DNA from: Klebsiella phage KP13-16
Length of the DNA: 64,000 nucleotides
Sequence record: OP617741.1
Direction: 5' to 3' (one strand)
The notes under the pieces are model-generated. The model was not told where the DNA came from. It saw only the letters and a program-made list of their open reading frames with translations, and did not search any database. Shown in pieces: positions 1 to 9,535 of the stretch. Each line of letters opens with the position of its first letter. Positions within the stretch are counted from its first letter, which is position 1. A program made the position numbers and the translations under genes.

Positions 1-813
1 AAACACTAGAACTACAGCAACGGCTTTTTCCAGATGAACCAAGTATTTAACTGCTACACTCAGTACAAAGAACAGTGCACGGAGACCAAGAATTGCAAAT
101 AACATTGCAGAGTAAACCAGCAGAGGTTCTTGCGTCACACCAATTACAGCCGGGACAGAGTCAAAGGAGAAAATTACATCAGTAAACTCCACTACAAAGA
201 CACACAACAAAGCCGGAGTTGCATACTTGATCCCGTTCTTAATGGTGATAAATTTCTCGCCATCTAGAGCCGGATGAACAGGAAGAATCTTACCAACCAG
301 ACGAGTCGCCCAGTGTTTAGAGTAATCAACTTCATCTTCCTCATCATCACCGCCTTTGATAATAGCCAGTGCAGACCATGCTACAATCAGACCGAACAGC
401 ACTTGGAAAAACCAGTGTAAATTAAAGATTGCCGTACCTGCTGCCACAAAGATACCTCGAAATACAATGGCACCAGCAATACCCCAAAGAAGAATCTTAT
501 GCTGTAAGTGTGTTGATTTGATCCCGAAGCTAGCGAATATTGCCATGAACACCATCAAGTTATCCACAGACAATGATTTTTCTAGCACATACCCACTCAG
601 AAACAAAGAGGCAAATTCTTTGCCATACTCTACCCAAATAAAACCATAGTATGCAAATGCTAATGCGATCCAAAATGCAGACCAAGCCAATGCAGACTTA
701 ATACCGATCTCTTTATTTTCCTTGTGTCCAAAGAAATCTACAAGGATTGATAGTGCAAGAACTCCAACAAGAACTGCAATATCCAGAAGGGGGAACCCAA
801 AATGATGTGTCAC
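1..813 (-). CDS. TerC-family integral membrane protein (GTG start at 813; partial, continues beyond window start)
   Basis: Minus-strand translation gives multi-TM protein with TerC-like motifs (SVDNLMVF, TDVIFSFDSVPAV); RBS GAGGAGAG before GTG. Confidence 0.55.
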   Translation of the reverse strand, partial: MTHHFGFPLLDIAVLVGVLALSILVDFFGHKENKEIGIKSALAWSAFWIALAFAYYGFIWVEYGKEFASLFLSGYVLEKSLSVDNLMVFMAIFASFGIKSTHLQHKILLWGIAGAIVFRGIFVAAGTAIFNLHWFFQVLFGLIVAWSALAIIKGGDDEEDEVDYSKHWATRLVGKILPVHPALDGEKFITIKNGIKYATPALLCVFVVEFTDVIFSFDSVPAVIGVTQEPLLVYSAMLFAILGLRALFFVLSVAVKYLVHLEKAVAVVLVF

Positions 814-841
814 TATTTTACTCTCCTCAGTTTAAAATAAA

Positions 842-1048
842 TTATTTTTGCTTATCAAAACAGTACATTGCGTTACTACCTGCATCATTATACACAATAT
901 AACAGAATTTTCCATTAATATCATCATTCATGATGTAAATCTTGTTAACAGCAGAGTAGCCGTTGTACACTCGTTCAACTGTAACGCTATCTTCAGCCAT
1001 TGTCAAACTACAAAACAGGATCAGACAAAGAGCCATCATTATTTTCAT
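842..1048 (-). CDS. small secreted protein (signal peptide)
   Basis: 68 aa, N-terminal hydrophobic signal MKIMMALCLILFCSLTMA, RBS GAGGTG. Confidence 0.5.
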   Translation of the reverse strand: MKIMMALCLILFCSLTMAEDSVTVERVYNGYSAVNKIYIMNDDINGKFCYIVYNDAGSNAMYCFDKQK

Positions 1049-1199
1049 TTAACACCTCAATTATCGTTTGTTTACATTTACCACAACAAGTGGCGACTGG
1101 TATATATCTTTGCACATCCTCTAATGACTTGCAAGAAAAATCTTTTATAACTTTTTGTAGCATTTTGTCATTAATTTTATTACAAAGACATATAAACAT
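1008..1199 (-). CDS. Bfd-like [2Fe-2S] ferredoxin (bacterioferritin-associated ferredoxin family)
   Basis: 63 aa; CLCN ... CGKC spacing and overall similarity to E. coli Bfd (MYVCLCNG...IPVGNQCGKC). Confidence 0.55.
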   Translation of the reverse strand: MFICLCNKINDKMLQKVIKDFSCKSLEDVQRYIPVATCCGKCKQTIIEVLNENNDGSLSDPVL

Positions 1200-1218
1200 A
1201 AGACCGCCGTATATTTAA

Positions 1219-1461
1219 TTATGAAGAACCTAGAAATCCTTTCTTCCAAGGATCTGCTTCACTGGAGTTTGGAGTATATTCACTTTCTTCTTCAACATAA
1301 AGTATACCCATAAACTCAAATGATCGGGTATCGCCTTTGTATGCTGGCTCTTTTTGAGTAACAACCCAAGTTGTGACATTCTCACAAACTTTTTCCAACA
1401 GAAGGTGATAAGCCAATCGTGGAAGTTTAATAACACGTTTTTGATTTGTATAATGGATCAT
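1219..1461 (-). CDS. hypothetical protein
   Basis: ORF with internal start MIHYTN preceded by GAGG RBS. Confidence 0.45.
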   Translation of the reverse strand: MIHYTNQKRVIKLPRLAYHLLLEKVCENVTTWVVTQKEPAYKGDTRSFEFMGILYVEEESEYTPNSSEADPWKKGFLGSS

Positions 1462-1468
1462 ATTTACC

Positions 1469-1882
1469 TCATTCATAAGTATCAAAATTTTCTGTCTTTA
1501 AAGTTTTTTCTAAATTGTTTAACATCTCTTCAGAAATATTTTTACTTTCTTGCATTTTCAGAAAGACAATCATTGCTGCACGAAGAGAATTCTTATCATT
1601 AAAACTGATATCAGAATTATTAGTATCATAACATAACCAATAACTAGGCTCATCAGTAATCATCGGGGCTGATACTGTGATGTTATTGTTGTAGATAATA
1701 TCCCATGCATCTGCGGGATTATTACAAGGATTGAAAACAAGCAAAGATCCATCTTTCCAGTAGCATAGATTACTGTAATTTTCATCAAGATCCGCCCATT
1801 CAAGCTTAATGACGTCTCCAACTCTTTTATTAATCTCAAAATCACTCATTCTGCTGTAATCAGTATTGCTCATAAGCTTCAT
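1469..1882 (-). CDS. hypothetical protein
   Basis: 137 aa ORF in operon context. Confidence 0.5.
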   Translation of the reverse strand: MKLMSNTDYSRMSDFEINKRVGDVIKLEWADLDENYSNLCYWKDGSLLVFNPCNNPADAWDIIYNNNITVSAPMITDEPSYWLCYDTNNSDISFNDKNSLRAAMIVFLKMQESKNISEEMLNNLEKTLKTENFDTYE

Positions 1883-2048
1883 CTTCTCTGTAAGTTAAGA
1901 CTCTATCTTGTGAGATTAGAGCTTTTGTTTTAGCTTTTATTACCAATCTCTTACAACGAAAGAGTGTAGTGTGGTCTTCTGGCAACCACAAACTCATCGC
2001 AACATAAGCGCCATAGTAGTAAAAGAACTCTTGCCATACCTCTTTCAT
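1860..2048 (-). CDS. hypothetical protein
   Basis: 62 aa ORF overlapping neighbours by a few codons. Confidence 0.4.
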   Translation of the reverse strand: MKEVWQEFFYYYGAYVAMSLWLPEDHTTLFRCKRLVIKAKTKALISQDRVLTYREDEAYEQY

Positions 2049-2057
2049 TATATCACC

Positions 2058-2441
2058 TTAATTTATTGAATTTGATTGTGATTTTATTACTTCTGCATGT
2101 ATGCACCAACCATTTTCATATCTCTGAAGCAAATATTTCTTATTCCAAGGGTTAAAAGATAAAATCTCATTTTTGACTTTCTTAATAACCTTGTAAACTC
2201 CAAAAAGATTGGTGGTATCATGGAAATGGTTTAACATTTCATAGTGGCAAGATAACCATTCCACTTCACTCATCTTTTGCAACGGTTCATAAAATGAATG
2301 TGCACCATTATTTCCATTTACATGTTGGATAAGAAAATATGTATTCCCTCTCTTCAAATCTTCATAACCACCAAGAACAATGTTAAAATTGTAAATATTG
2401 TTCAGTACATGGATTTCTAAATCAGCTTTCCCACTTACCAT
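2058..2441 (-). CDS. hypothetical protein
   Basis: 127 aa ORF, start overlaps nrdG stop. Confidence 0.5.
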   Translation of the reverse strand: MVSGKADLEIHVLNNIYNFNIVLGGYEDLKRGNTYFLIQHVNGNNGAHSFYEPLQKMSEVEWLSCHYEMLNHFHDTTNLFGVYKVIKKVKNEILSFNPWNKKYLLQRYENGWCIHAEVIKSQSNSIN

Positions 2442-2901
2442 TAACTTTTCTCCATAAAACTTGGTTATCAGATCCCCTAAAAGGTTTCTTTGTAGGAAGG
2501 TTTTTCACAAACTTCCCATCTATGATGACATCCACTGTATCCAGTATTTGAGCATAAAGCAAGTTATTTTTTATCTCTTGCATTGTTTGCCCACACCACA
2601 GCCAAATACTCTTTTCTGGCATCTCTTGTTTAACAGAATAGCAAAGCTTTAACACTGTGTCAAAATTTTTTCTTTCTAAAGGGTTTCCTCCCAAGATGCT
2701 TAACCCATTAATAAAAGGTTTTTTCAAATCTTTCAACAAGTTGTCTTGAAAATCTTTAGTAAAAGGTTGCCCATAGTTATAGTTCCATGTCTCTTTGTTG
2801 AAGCATCCTTCACAACCTTGTGAACACCCAGAAACAAAAAGGGAGCACCTGGCTCCCTCTCCATTAACCAAGTCACCAAAAATGTAACCTGAATAATTCA
2901 T
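2422..2901 (-). CDS. nrdG: anaerobic ribonucleotide reductase activating protein (radical SAM)
   Basis: CSQGCEGC radical-SAM cluster motif near N-terminus, size and position next to nrdD. Confidence 0.9.
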   Translation of the reverse strand: MNYSGYIFGDLVNGEGARCSLFVSGCSQGCEGCFNKETWNYNYGQPFTKDFQDNLLKDLKKPFINGLSILGGNPLERKNFDTVLKLCYSVKQEMPEKSIWLWCGQTMQEIKNNLLYAQILDTVDVIIDGKFVKNLPTKKPFRGSDNQVLWRKVNGKWES

Positions 2902-3053
2902 TACTGCTCCCGATAGTCATCCAATGCATTTGCAATAGTTTCAATAGGATCATGTTCTTGATTAATGATCTCATAAATGCTTTCTGCACTCGCATAGTAA
3001 CCATCATCTCCAAAGTACCAAGCTAAGGCTGTCATAATTTCTTCATATGCACT
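2898..3053 (-). CDS. small hypothetical protein (51 aa)
   Basis: Unlisted ORF MSAYEEIMTALAWYFG..., RBS GGAGGTG, stop overlaps nrdG start (TAATG). Confidence 0.4.
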
Positions 3054-3065
3054 CATAAACACCTC

Positions 3066-3356
3066 CTAATAACAGAACCTTGCACCACAAGTAGTACATA
3101 CCGCACCACCTCTATGAGCACTACCCACGTTCAGATGAATGCAATCGGCAGCACCGTACCAAAGGTCATTATTCTTTTTATATGCTTCAATAATGGCAGA
3201 ATAGCCATCTATATAGTTTTCTTTGCCATCAGTAAGATCTATATACTGAAAGTAGTTTTCACCGATACCACGCATCCAGTTAATAGCTTCTAAGATAGTT
3301 TCAAACTCTCTATATCTCTCAAAAGTATCCATTAACTGGTAGTTAACAATCACCAT
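3066..3356 (-). CDS. hypothetical protein
   Basis: 96 aa ORF between nrdD and nrdG. Confidence 0.5.
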   Translation of the reverse strand: MVIVNYQLMDTFERYREFETILEAINWMRGIGENYFQYIDLTDGKENYIDGYSAIIEAYKKNNDLWYGAADCIHLNVGSAHRGGAVCTTCGARFCY

Positions 3357-3360
3357 AAAA

Positions 3361-5481
3361 TTAAACCCTTATATGTTTTACACGTTGAACAACTTCCTGC
3401 ATCTTCCCCTTGTTAAAAGGTCTACTGTTAGGTGCAGATAAGTAACCTGAGACTCTCCGAATGACGTTGATCGTTCCTTCCTCAGTATTGCCACAATCAG
3501 GGCATTCAAAGCCTTCTGCTGTTGCTTTAAACTCTCCATGAAAGCCACACTTCAGACATTTATCAACAGGTTGATTAATCCCAAAGTAATGAATATTTTC
3601 ATATCCATAGTCAATCAAAGCTTCCAAGCCTTTCATGTTATTTTTGAGATTTGGTGTCTCGACATAACCTATATTACCACCTGAACTGATAAAGTCAAAC
3701 CCTGATTCAACATCCCATTTAGTAAAAGGATCAACTTGTTGGTCTACAGGAACATGGAAAGAGTTAGTCAAGTATTCTCTCTTGATAGTTCCAGGAAATT
3801 TCGCATTGATTTTACTGGCAAATTTATAACACAAAGACTCCGCTGGAGTTCCGTAGATACCAAAACCAATACCTGTTTTCTTCTTATAAGCCTCTGCCAT
3901 TTCTGACATAAGACTTAAAATCTTTTTCCCGTAAGCTTTATATTCCTCTAAACTACAATTTGGATAGAGAATTTGAATTGCTTCATATAACCCTACATAA
4001 CCAAAACTTGCTGAAGCATAACCTTTGTAGAAAAGTTTGTCAATAGTTTCTTCAGGATCTAGTCTAGCTAATGCTCCTTCAACAAACATCACAGGATTTT
4101 GTTTTGCTTTAGTTCCCTTAAGGCGATTAATCCTCAACATATGTGCTTCATATGCTGTTTGCATATGCTTATAGAGTTCTTCCAGGAAAAGTTTACCACT
4201 ACTGACAGAATCTTTAGCTATCATTGGTAAATTCAAAGAAACTACACCAAGATTAAATCTACCATCATATTTCTCACCTTGTTCTGTAGCAAAATAAGAA
4301 AGGAAACTACGACATCCCATGCTAGTAACGTGACCTTTTGAAGATTTTGTAACCAGTTTATTTCTAGGGACTGAAATAAAATCTGGGTAAATTCTTTCTG
4401 CACAACACTCCATTGCTAATTGTTTAAGGTCATAATTAGGATCACCAGGATTCATGTTGACACCTTCTTCAAGGAAGAAAATTACTTTTGGGAACACAGG
4501 CGTTACTTTATCCTTACCTAAACCCTCTTTGTGGATTTTTAGATAGTTACGAGTAATCATTCTACCAAATTCTGAGGTATCTAAACCAAGACTAATGGTG
4601 ATAAATGGAGATTGTCCATTTACACTCATTAATGTGTTAACCTGGTAGATAAGAGTTTGCATTGCATCGTAGACATCTTGCTCTGTAAGTTGCATTGCAT
4701 TTATTTTGACTTCAGCACCAAATAAATTTCTAATAAGTTTTACATTTTTATTATAAGTCAGTTCTACATATTGCTTTAAACCTGTATCAATATGTGCGCA
4801 AGTTTGTCCACCATATTGGCTAGAGGCTACAGCCTGAATAATTTGTGTCAACACTGTAGTAGCAACACCAATTGATTTAGGTTTTTCAATGAAAGCATTT
4901 CCAATATGGAAACCATTTTCTAACATGTCTTGGTAATTAACGAGACAACAGTTGCTGAGAGGGCTGATTAGATAATCTAAGTCATGAATATGTCCAAAAC
5001 CGCTTGTATGCCATTCTGAGAGGTCTTTAGGTAGTATTTGAGTCAATGCTACATGCTTACTTAAAATCCCTGCTAAGAGGTCTCTATGAGTATTTACAAC
5101 GTTACTGGGTTTGTTAGCATTCTCACGAGTAAATTCTTCTGCTGTTTGTTCTAAGAAGCCAGATATGTCATTATAAAGTTTCCCATTACCTTCACGGATT
5201 TTATCTCTGTCGTGCCTATACTCAATATAAGTTCTGGCTATGTCATATGTCTTTGGATTAGACATAAGGAAATCTTCAATCATTTTTTGAACATTTGAGA
5301 CTGACTTATTCTCATTGAGATTTTTAACAATATATTCTGTAACCTCGTGAGCAACAAGTTCTGCTGTGATTGATAATGAAGAGTTAGCTAGTGCTGCTTG
5401 ATATATTGCATTGTAAACTTTACGTTCATCAAATTGTTCTGTGCGCCCGTCGCGTTTTATAATTTTATGTTGATACTGCAT
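3361..5481 (-). CDS. nrdD: anaerobic ribonucleoside-triphosphate reductase (class III RNR)
   Basis: Approx 706 aa; C-terminal glycyl-radical motif RRVSGYL and Zn-ribbon CxxC...CxxC; start at MQYQHK after GGAGGAATA RBS. Confidence 0.95.
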   Translation of the reverse strand: MQYQHKIIKRDGRTEQFDERKVYNAIYQAALANSSLSITAELVAHEVTEYIVKNLNENKSVSNVQKMIEDFLMSNPKTYDIARTYIEYRHDRDKIREGNGKLYNDISGFLEQTAEEFTRENANKPSNVVNTHRDLLAGILSKHVALTQILPKDLSEWHTSGFGHIHDLDYLISPLSNCCLVNYQDMLENGFHIGNAFIEKPKSIGVATTVLTQIIQAVASSQYGGQTCAHIDTGLKQYVELTYNKNVKLIRNLFGAEVKINAMQLTEQDVYDAMQTLIYQVNTLMSVNGQSPFITISLGLDTSEFGRMITRNYLKIHKEGLGKDKVTPVFPKVIFFLEEGVNMNPGDPNYDLKQLAMECCAERIYPDFISVPRNKLVTKSSKGHVTSMGCRSFLSYFATEQGEKYDGRFNLGVVSLNLPMIAKDSVSSGKLFLEELYKHMQTAYEAHMLRINRLKGTKAKQNPVMFVEGALARLDPEETIDKLFYKGYASASFGYVGLYEAIQILYPNCSLEEYKAYGKKILSLMSEMAEAYKKKTGIGFGIYGTPAESLCYKFASKINAKFPGTIKREYLTNSFHVPVDQQVDPFTKWDVESGFDFISSGGNIGYVETPNLKNNMKGLEALIDYGYENIHYFGINQPVDKCLKCGFHGEFKATAEGFECPDCGNTEEGTINVIRRVSGYLSAPNSRPFNKGKMQEVVQRVKHIRV

Positions 5482-5565
5482 TATTCCTCCAAAATAAGAA
5501 GCCAGCATTAACTGGCTTAAAAGTAGATCCTTATTTTAGCTTTTATTCTGGTTTCAAATCTTGAT

Positions 5566-5973
5566 TTAAATCAGATAAGTTTGAAGAATAGTCTTTGCTA
5601 ATTGATTATCTACTGTTTTGCCAGCAGCTTTAGCAACCATGTTAATTTTACCCATGAAACTCATAGTGATTTTATCACCATTCTGTACCGCAGTATCCAA
5701 GAAATCACGAATCTCTTCTTCACTCAACTGTGCAGGAAGATAACTTTCCATAAAAGCAATTTCTTCTTCATACTGTTTCAGTTGTGCTTCATGACCTTCA
5801 AGACTTGCACGAGTAGATTTTACAGTAGACTTAATCAAGGCAATAGCATCTTCATCAGTTGAATTTTTATCTTGTGACAATTTTCCTAAAAGAAAGGTTA
5901 GAGTAGCAACCTTTTCTTTATCACCGGATTTACGAAAAGCAAGTTGGTCTTGTTTCATTTTCTCAATAATCAT
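5566..5973 (-). CDS. GatB/YqeY-domain protein
   Basis: ESYLPAQLSEEEIRDFL closely matches YqeY EEYLPEQLSEEEIEAIV; start MIIEKMK after AGGAGA, TAATG overlap with upstream gene. Confidence 0.7.
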   Translation of the reverse strand: MIIEKMKQDQLAFRKSGDKEKVATLTFLLGKLSQDKNSTDEDAIALIKSTVKSTRASLEGHEAQLKQYEEEIAFMESYLPAQLSEEEIRDFLDTAVQNGDKITMSFMGKINMVAKAAGKTVDNQLAKTILQTYLI

Positions 5974-6605
5974 TAATATTCTCCTATTCCACAATAAAGA
6001 GTTTCTCTTGTATTATTTAAATCTTCAGAAACTCTATTAATTTCTTTTTGTAAGATATCCTTATACTGAGGATATTTTTCTATCAAAGTTAAACCTTGAT
6101 TTATATACAACATTTGCCAAGCTCTATGTGCTTCAACAGGATCTGTGAAACCATGTATGGCAATATCATGAAACCTAGCCCTATATCGAGGTACTTTCTG
6201 ATATTTATTTTTCTGTTCAGAAACTCCCAATGGTAAATTATTTTTAGAGTATCTTTTTATAATATAATTATTTAAATCTTTACCTACAAAACCACAGGTG
6301 CTTGGAGAGTATATTTTACTAACCCCAGATAAGAGATCCTTGTCCAGTTCCTTTCCTTCCCAATCTTGGGTTTCCATCCAGGCACGAAAATTACCAAATG
6401 TCAACCATTCTTCACAAACACTACAACCTTTATAAGTAGGAAATCTTCTTTGGTAATTTTCACTATAACAACGCCTTAGCATATTCGTCCAACGATCATA
6501 ATATGGATCTCGCCAAAATACAACTTCTTTACCATTCATACGTTTACTTTTTTGAGTTATATCTTCTAGATCATTGTATCCCTTACCAAAAAGTAATTTA
6601 TTCAT
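5973..6605 (-). CDS. putative homing-endonuclease-like / AP2-type DNA-binding protein (paralog A)
   Basis: Shares W..ML.RCY, C.V.EEW..F.NF..W, LPLGVS, AH..WQ, NRETL blocks with ORF 10999-11661. Confidence 0.5.
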   Translation of the reverse strand: MNKLLFGKGYNDLEDITQKSKRMNGKEVVFWRDPYYDRWTNMLRRCYSENYQRRFPTYKGCSVCEEWLTFGNFRAWMETQDWEGKELDKDLLSGVSKIYSPSTCGFVGKDLNNYIIKRYSKNNLPLGVSEQKNKYQKVPRYRARFHDIAIHGFTDPVEAHRAWQMLYINQGLTLIEKYPQYKDILQKEINRVSEDLNNTRETLYCGIGEY

Positions 6606-7894
6606 TACAATTCTATCTCAAGTAAGTAATCAAGTCTAACTTGACTCAGGTCAAAGACTACAATCTCATCATTTCTCACCCCAGAGTATCCAGCCTTAGC
6701 CCAATAAGATTGGTATCCTTTTGGAGGGCGTTGACTTGTTGGTCCTGTTGGGGTATAAGCATTTCCAACAGCCACTGAAACTAGAAACATGTAAACTTTT
6801 CCATTCCCCTGACCACCACCCGTATAATACATGTTATCACAATATTGGAGACTTTTTGAAGATTGATTTGCGAAATACAATCCTGTTGAGAACATGGCCC
6901 CTGCCTTAACACCAGGACTATCTTTAGGCATCATTAACCCTTTACAGAAAATAGATAACAAATTAGCTACACGTGTTCCGTGCCACAGTTCATGAACATT
7001 ACCATACTCTGTGATAGCTTTATCAAATGGTGCTTGCTGATTTCCAAGATTAATTTTATAGATATTCTTAACTTTAGAACCCATGATGCGACCGCCGTGT
7101 TGGGCATTTTTACTTTCATTGTAGTAATTAACAATACGATCAATTGTAGCAGAATCTTCAACATGAGAGATACCAAAATTAAAGATTTTTTCTACTTCAA
7201 CTTCTTCTTTAGGTTTATCTTCCTGATTCTTTTTAAGTTCTTCAATAAGGTCTAATGTTTCCAGAAGTGCTTTACAGATTTCACGTTGTTCGTCAATGTT
7301 TTTGTGACTAAACAGCAAGTGACGTTTATCACGTGTAGTTGCAACTTTATTAGGAATAAGAACAAAATAAGAATCATTTAAAGTTAAGATCTCATCTTCA
7401 CCTTTACCACTCTTTTCATATTCATCCAAAAGGGATTCAATATTACCAAGATGGATCATTGCTTCTTCCACAGCAGCTTTCTTTACAACTCCTAAAGGAG
7501 TCTTAAACAGACCATCTTTTTCATCATATTTAATGTTAGTAGAACTGGTGATATTATGGATGTTTGCTTTAGCAATTGCTTGAATAAGATTACGACTTGT
7601 GTCGTCTTTACAATCAATTTGCTTAAGTGCAATGTCTACTACGTTAACTTTTTGAGTCAACCCAGTTTCACCAGAGACAGCTTCTAGTTGTGCTTCTTTA
7701 TAACCTTTCTTGATTTTAGATGCAACAAGACTGTCAAACTTCTTTTTACCACCAGAGTAGGAGGTAGTTTGAACCCCGCCACCTACCCGACCAAAACGAA
7801 CTGCAATATTTCCAACGTCATCTAAGGTTGCTTCATAGAATTTATTGTTATTATTCTTTGAATCAAACATGATTAGCATTTTACTCTCAGACAT
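6605..7894 (-). CDS. WGR-domain poly/mono-ADP-ribose polymerase (PARP)-like protein
   Basis: N-terminal KFYEA...RFGRVGGGVQ...KKGYKE matches WGR consensus; LWHGTR...GAMFSTGLYFANQSSKSLQYC matches the PARP1 H-G-S / Y-Y block and a later NDEIVVFD glutamate; RBS GGGGGTGAA. Confidence 0.85.
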   Translation of the reverse strand: MSESKMLIMFDSKNNNNKFYEATLDDVGNIAVRFGRVGGGVQTTSYSGGKKKFDSLVASKIKKGYKEAQLEAVSGETGLTQKVNVVDIALKQIDCKDDTSRNLIQAIAKANIHNITSSTNIKYDEKDGLFKTPLGVVKKAAVEEAMIHLGNIESLLDEYEKSGKGEDEILTLNDSYFVLIPNKVATTRDKRHLLFSHKNIDEQREICKALLETLDLIEELKKNQEDKPKEEVEVEKIFNFGISHVEDSATIDRIVNYYNESKNAQHGGRIMGSKVKNIYKINLGNQQAPFDKAITEYGNVHELWHGTRVANLLSIFCKGLMMPKDSPGVKAGAMFSTGLYFANQSSKSLQYCDNMYYTGGGQGNGKVYMFLVSVAVGNAYTPTGPTSQRPPKGYQSYWAKAGYSGVRNDEIVVFDLSQVRLDYLLEIEL

Positions 7895-7931
7895 TTCACC
7901 CCCTGTTAAGTGAATAAAAGGGCTTTCGCCC

Positions 7932-8369
7932 TTAAAGTTTTTCGAGAAGTTTCAACACAGCTTCTTTATCAAGAACAGTTGAACCGAGGAGTGCTTCAAC
8001 CTCTTCAATTTGGAATACATCTCCAAGTTGGTGGGTATTGACTGGAGGACGGATCTTATCTTTGTGGTTCAGAAAAAGATCTTCTTCAAATCCATCTCGA
8101 ACATATTTCCCTTTCAAATCTGTAATTTCAACAAGCTTAATCAACTTATGAAGTTTTTCAACACGAAACTCAGGTGCTACTTTAGCTTCAACTTCTTCAC
8201 GGAGGTCATCCAAAGAGCTTCGAACAGTATCAAGTTTCTCATAAACTTCTTCAAAGAAGCTAGAATCTAAAATATATTCCATATCTTTAAGAAACTCTTT
8301 GGGAGAGTTTTCAGCATACTCTTTAAGATCTTCAAACCAATCATTAATTTTATCAAACAGTGGATTCAT
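7932..8369 (-). CDS. hypothetical acidic protein
   Basis: 145 aa ORF. Confidence 0.5.
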   Translation of the reverse strand: MNPLFDKINDWFEDLKEYAENSPKEFLKDMEYILDSSFFEEVYEKLDTVRSSLDDLREEVEAKVAPEFRVEKLHKLIKLVEITDLKGKYVRDGFEEDLFLNHKDKIRPPVNTHQLGDVFQIEEVEALLGSTVLDKEAVLKLLEKL

Positions 8370-8396
8370 AAATTACTCCTCTAATTAGTACTACAA

Positions 8397-8756
8397 TTAT
8401 ACCTTTTCAAAATCAATATCATCGCAATCGTTGACATCTTCATAAACGTCACCAAAGTCTTTAATTGCATCTTTAATAATCTCCATATAGATTTGGTGGT
8501 CTCCCCAGTGACCTATGCTAAAGATAATCTTCTCCCCATCATAAATCTCTTTATAATCTACAGAACATGAGTGTGTCATAAAGATGATCCTAGACTCTTT
8601 TGCAGTAACAAAACCTAACCAAAAATGGTTAAAATCTGAGGTAGAAATTTCTCCTTTAATTCGAGTGAAATCTCGTAGAGCAGAATACACTGCCCCATAA
8701 ACTTCTAAAGCTTTATCTTTTGAACAACAAACAAACACTTTATGATCAACACTCAC
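8397..8756 (-). CDS. hypothetical protein
   Basis: 119 aa ORF. Confidence 0.5.
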   Translation of the reverse strand: MSVDHKVFVCCSKDKALEVYGAVYSALRDFTRIKGEISTSDFNHFWLGFVTAKESRIIFMTHSCSVDYKEIYDGEKIIFSIGHWGDHQIYMEIIKDAIKDFGDVYEDVNDCDDIDFEKV

Positions 8757-8768
8757 AATATGCCTCCC

Positions 8769-9416
8769 TTAAAAGGTCTGATTTAGCTCCGTTAGAGTCA
8801 TAACAGAACCTTCTTGAGTCAGAATAAACTCATTGTCTCCAACAGAGTCAAGAGTATAACTTCCTTTTGGTGTTTTTACAAGGAAAGAATCCACATTTAC
8901 AGTAGTGAAACCAAAAGAATTTTCCTCAAAATATCCATTTTTAACCTCTGGAGTCAAACCAATGCAGATAGCATCACCTTTAACACATAAAGCTTTTACA
9001 TTTTTAATGGTATATTTTTCACCTGTTGAATAGTAAACGGTAATGTCAGTTTTCTTACGAACTGGGACTGGTTTACGCTTCTTGTGAAAACGTGGTTTTG
9101 CTACTTTAATTTCTTTATTCATTTCTTCTCCTAAAAGTGCATTAACAAATTCTTCTGGTTTAACATAATAGTATTCATTATTAGACATGGCATCTAAGTG
9201 CCATCCGGTGAGTGTAGTCCCGGCATTATGACTTACAAGACACCATATATCTTTTTCATCATAACTATTGAAATTATTGAAAAATCTAATAAAATCTTTA
9301 TAACTCCAGTCTTCTGAAACATCAAGAGAAAGAAATATTTTTCCTAAAATACTACGATAATTATCTTCACCATAAAATTTAACAAATTCATTTTTTAAAA
9401 CATAGCCTTTATACAT
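8769..9416 (-). CDS. hypothetical protein
   Basis: 215 aa ORF. Confidence 0.5.
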   Translation of the reverse strand: MYKGYVLKNEFVKFYGEDNYRSILGKIFLSLDVSEDWSYKDFIRFFNNFNSYDEKDIWCLVSHNAGTTLTGWHLDAMSNNEYYYVKPEEFVNALLGEEMNKEIKVAKPRFHKKRKPVPVRKKTDITVYYSTGEKYTIKNVKALCVKGDAICIGLTPEVKNGYFEENSFGFTTVNVDSFLVKTPKGSYTLDSVGDNEFILTQEGSVMTLTELNQTF

Positions 9417-9535
9417 ATTCTATTTACCTATACGATCAATTAAAGTTAAGTCCAATACCACCGGAAGGAATAACAACCATCCAGGATAATCTTCTTGAAA
9501 TAAGTGTCTTAAGACAATATAACTAATTACTGTAA

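Noticed and set aside
356-649. Plus-strand 97-aa ORF inside the TerC-like gene region
   Set aside because: It lies antisense to a much longer, motif-bearing minus-strand ORF and has no RBS; it is a shadow ORF.
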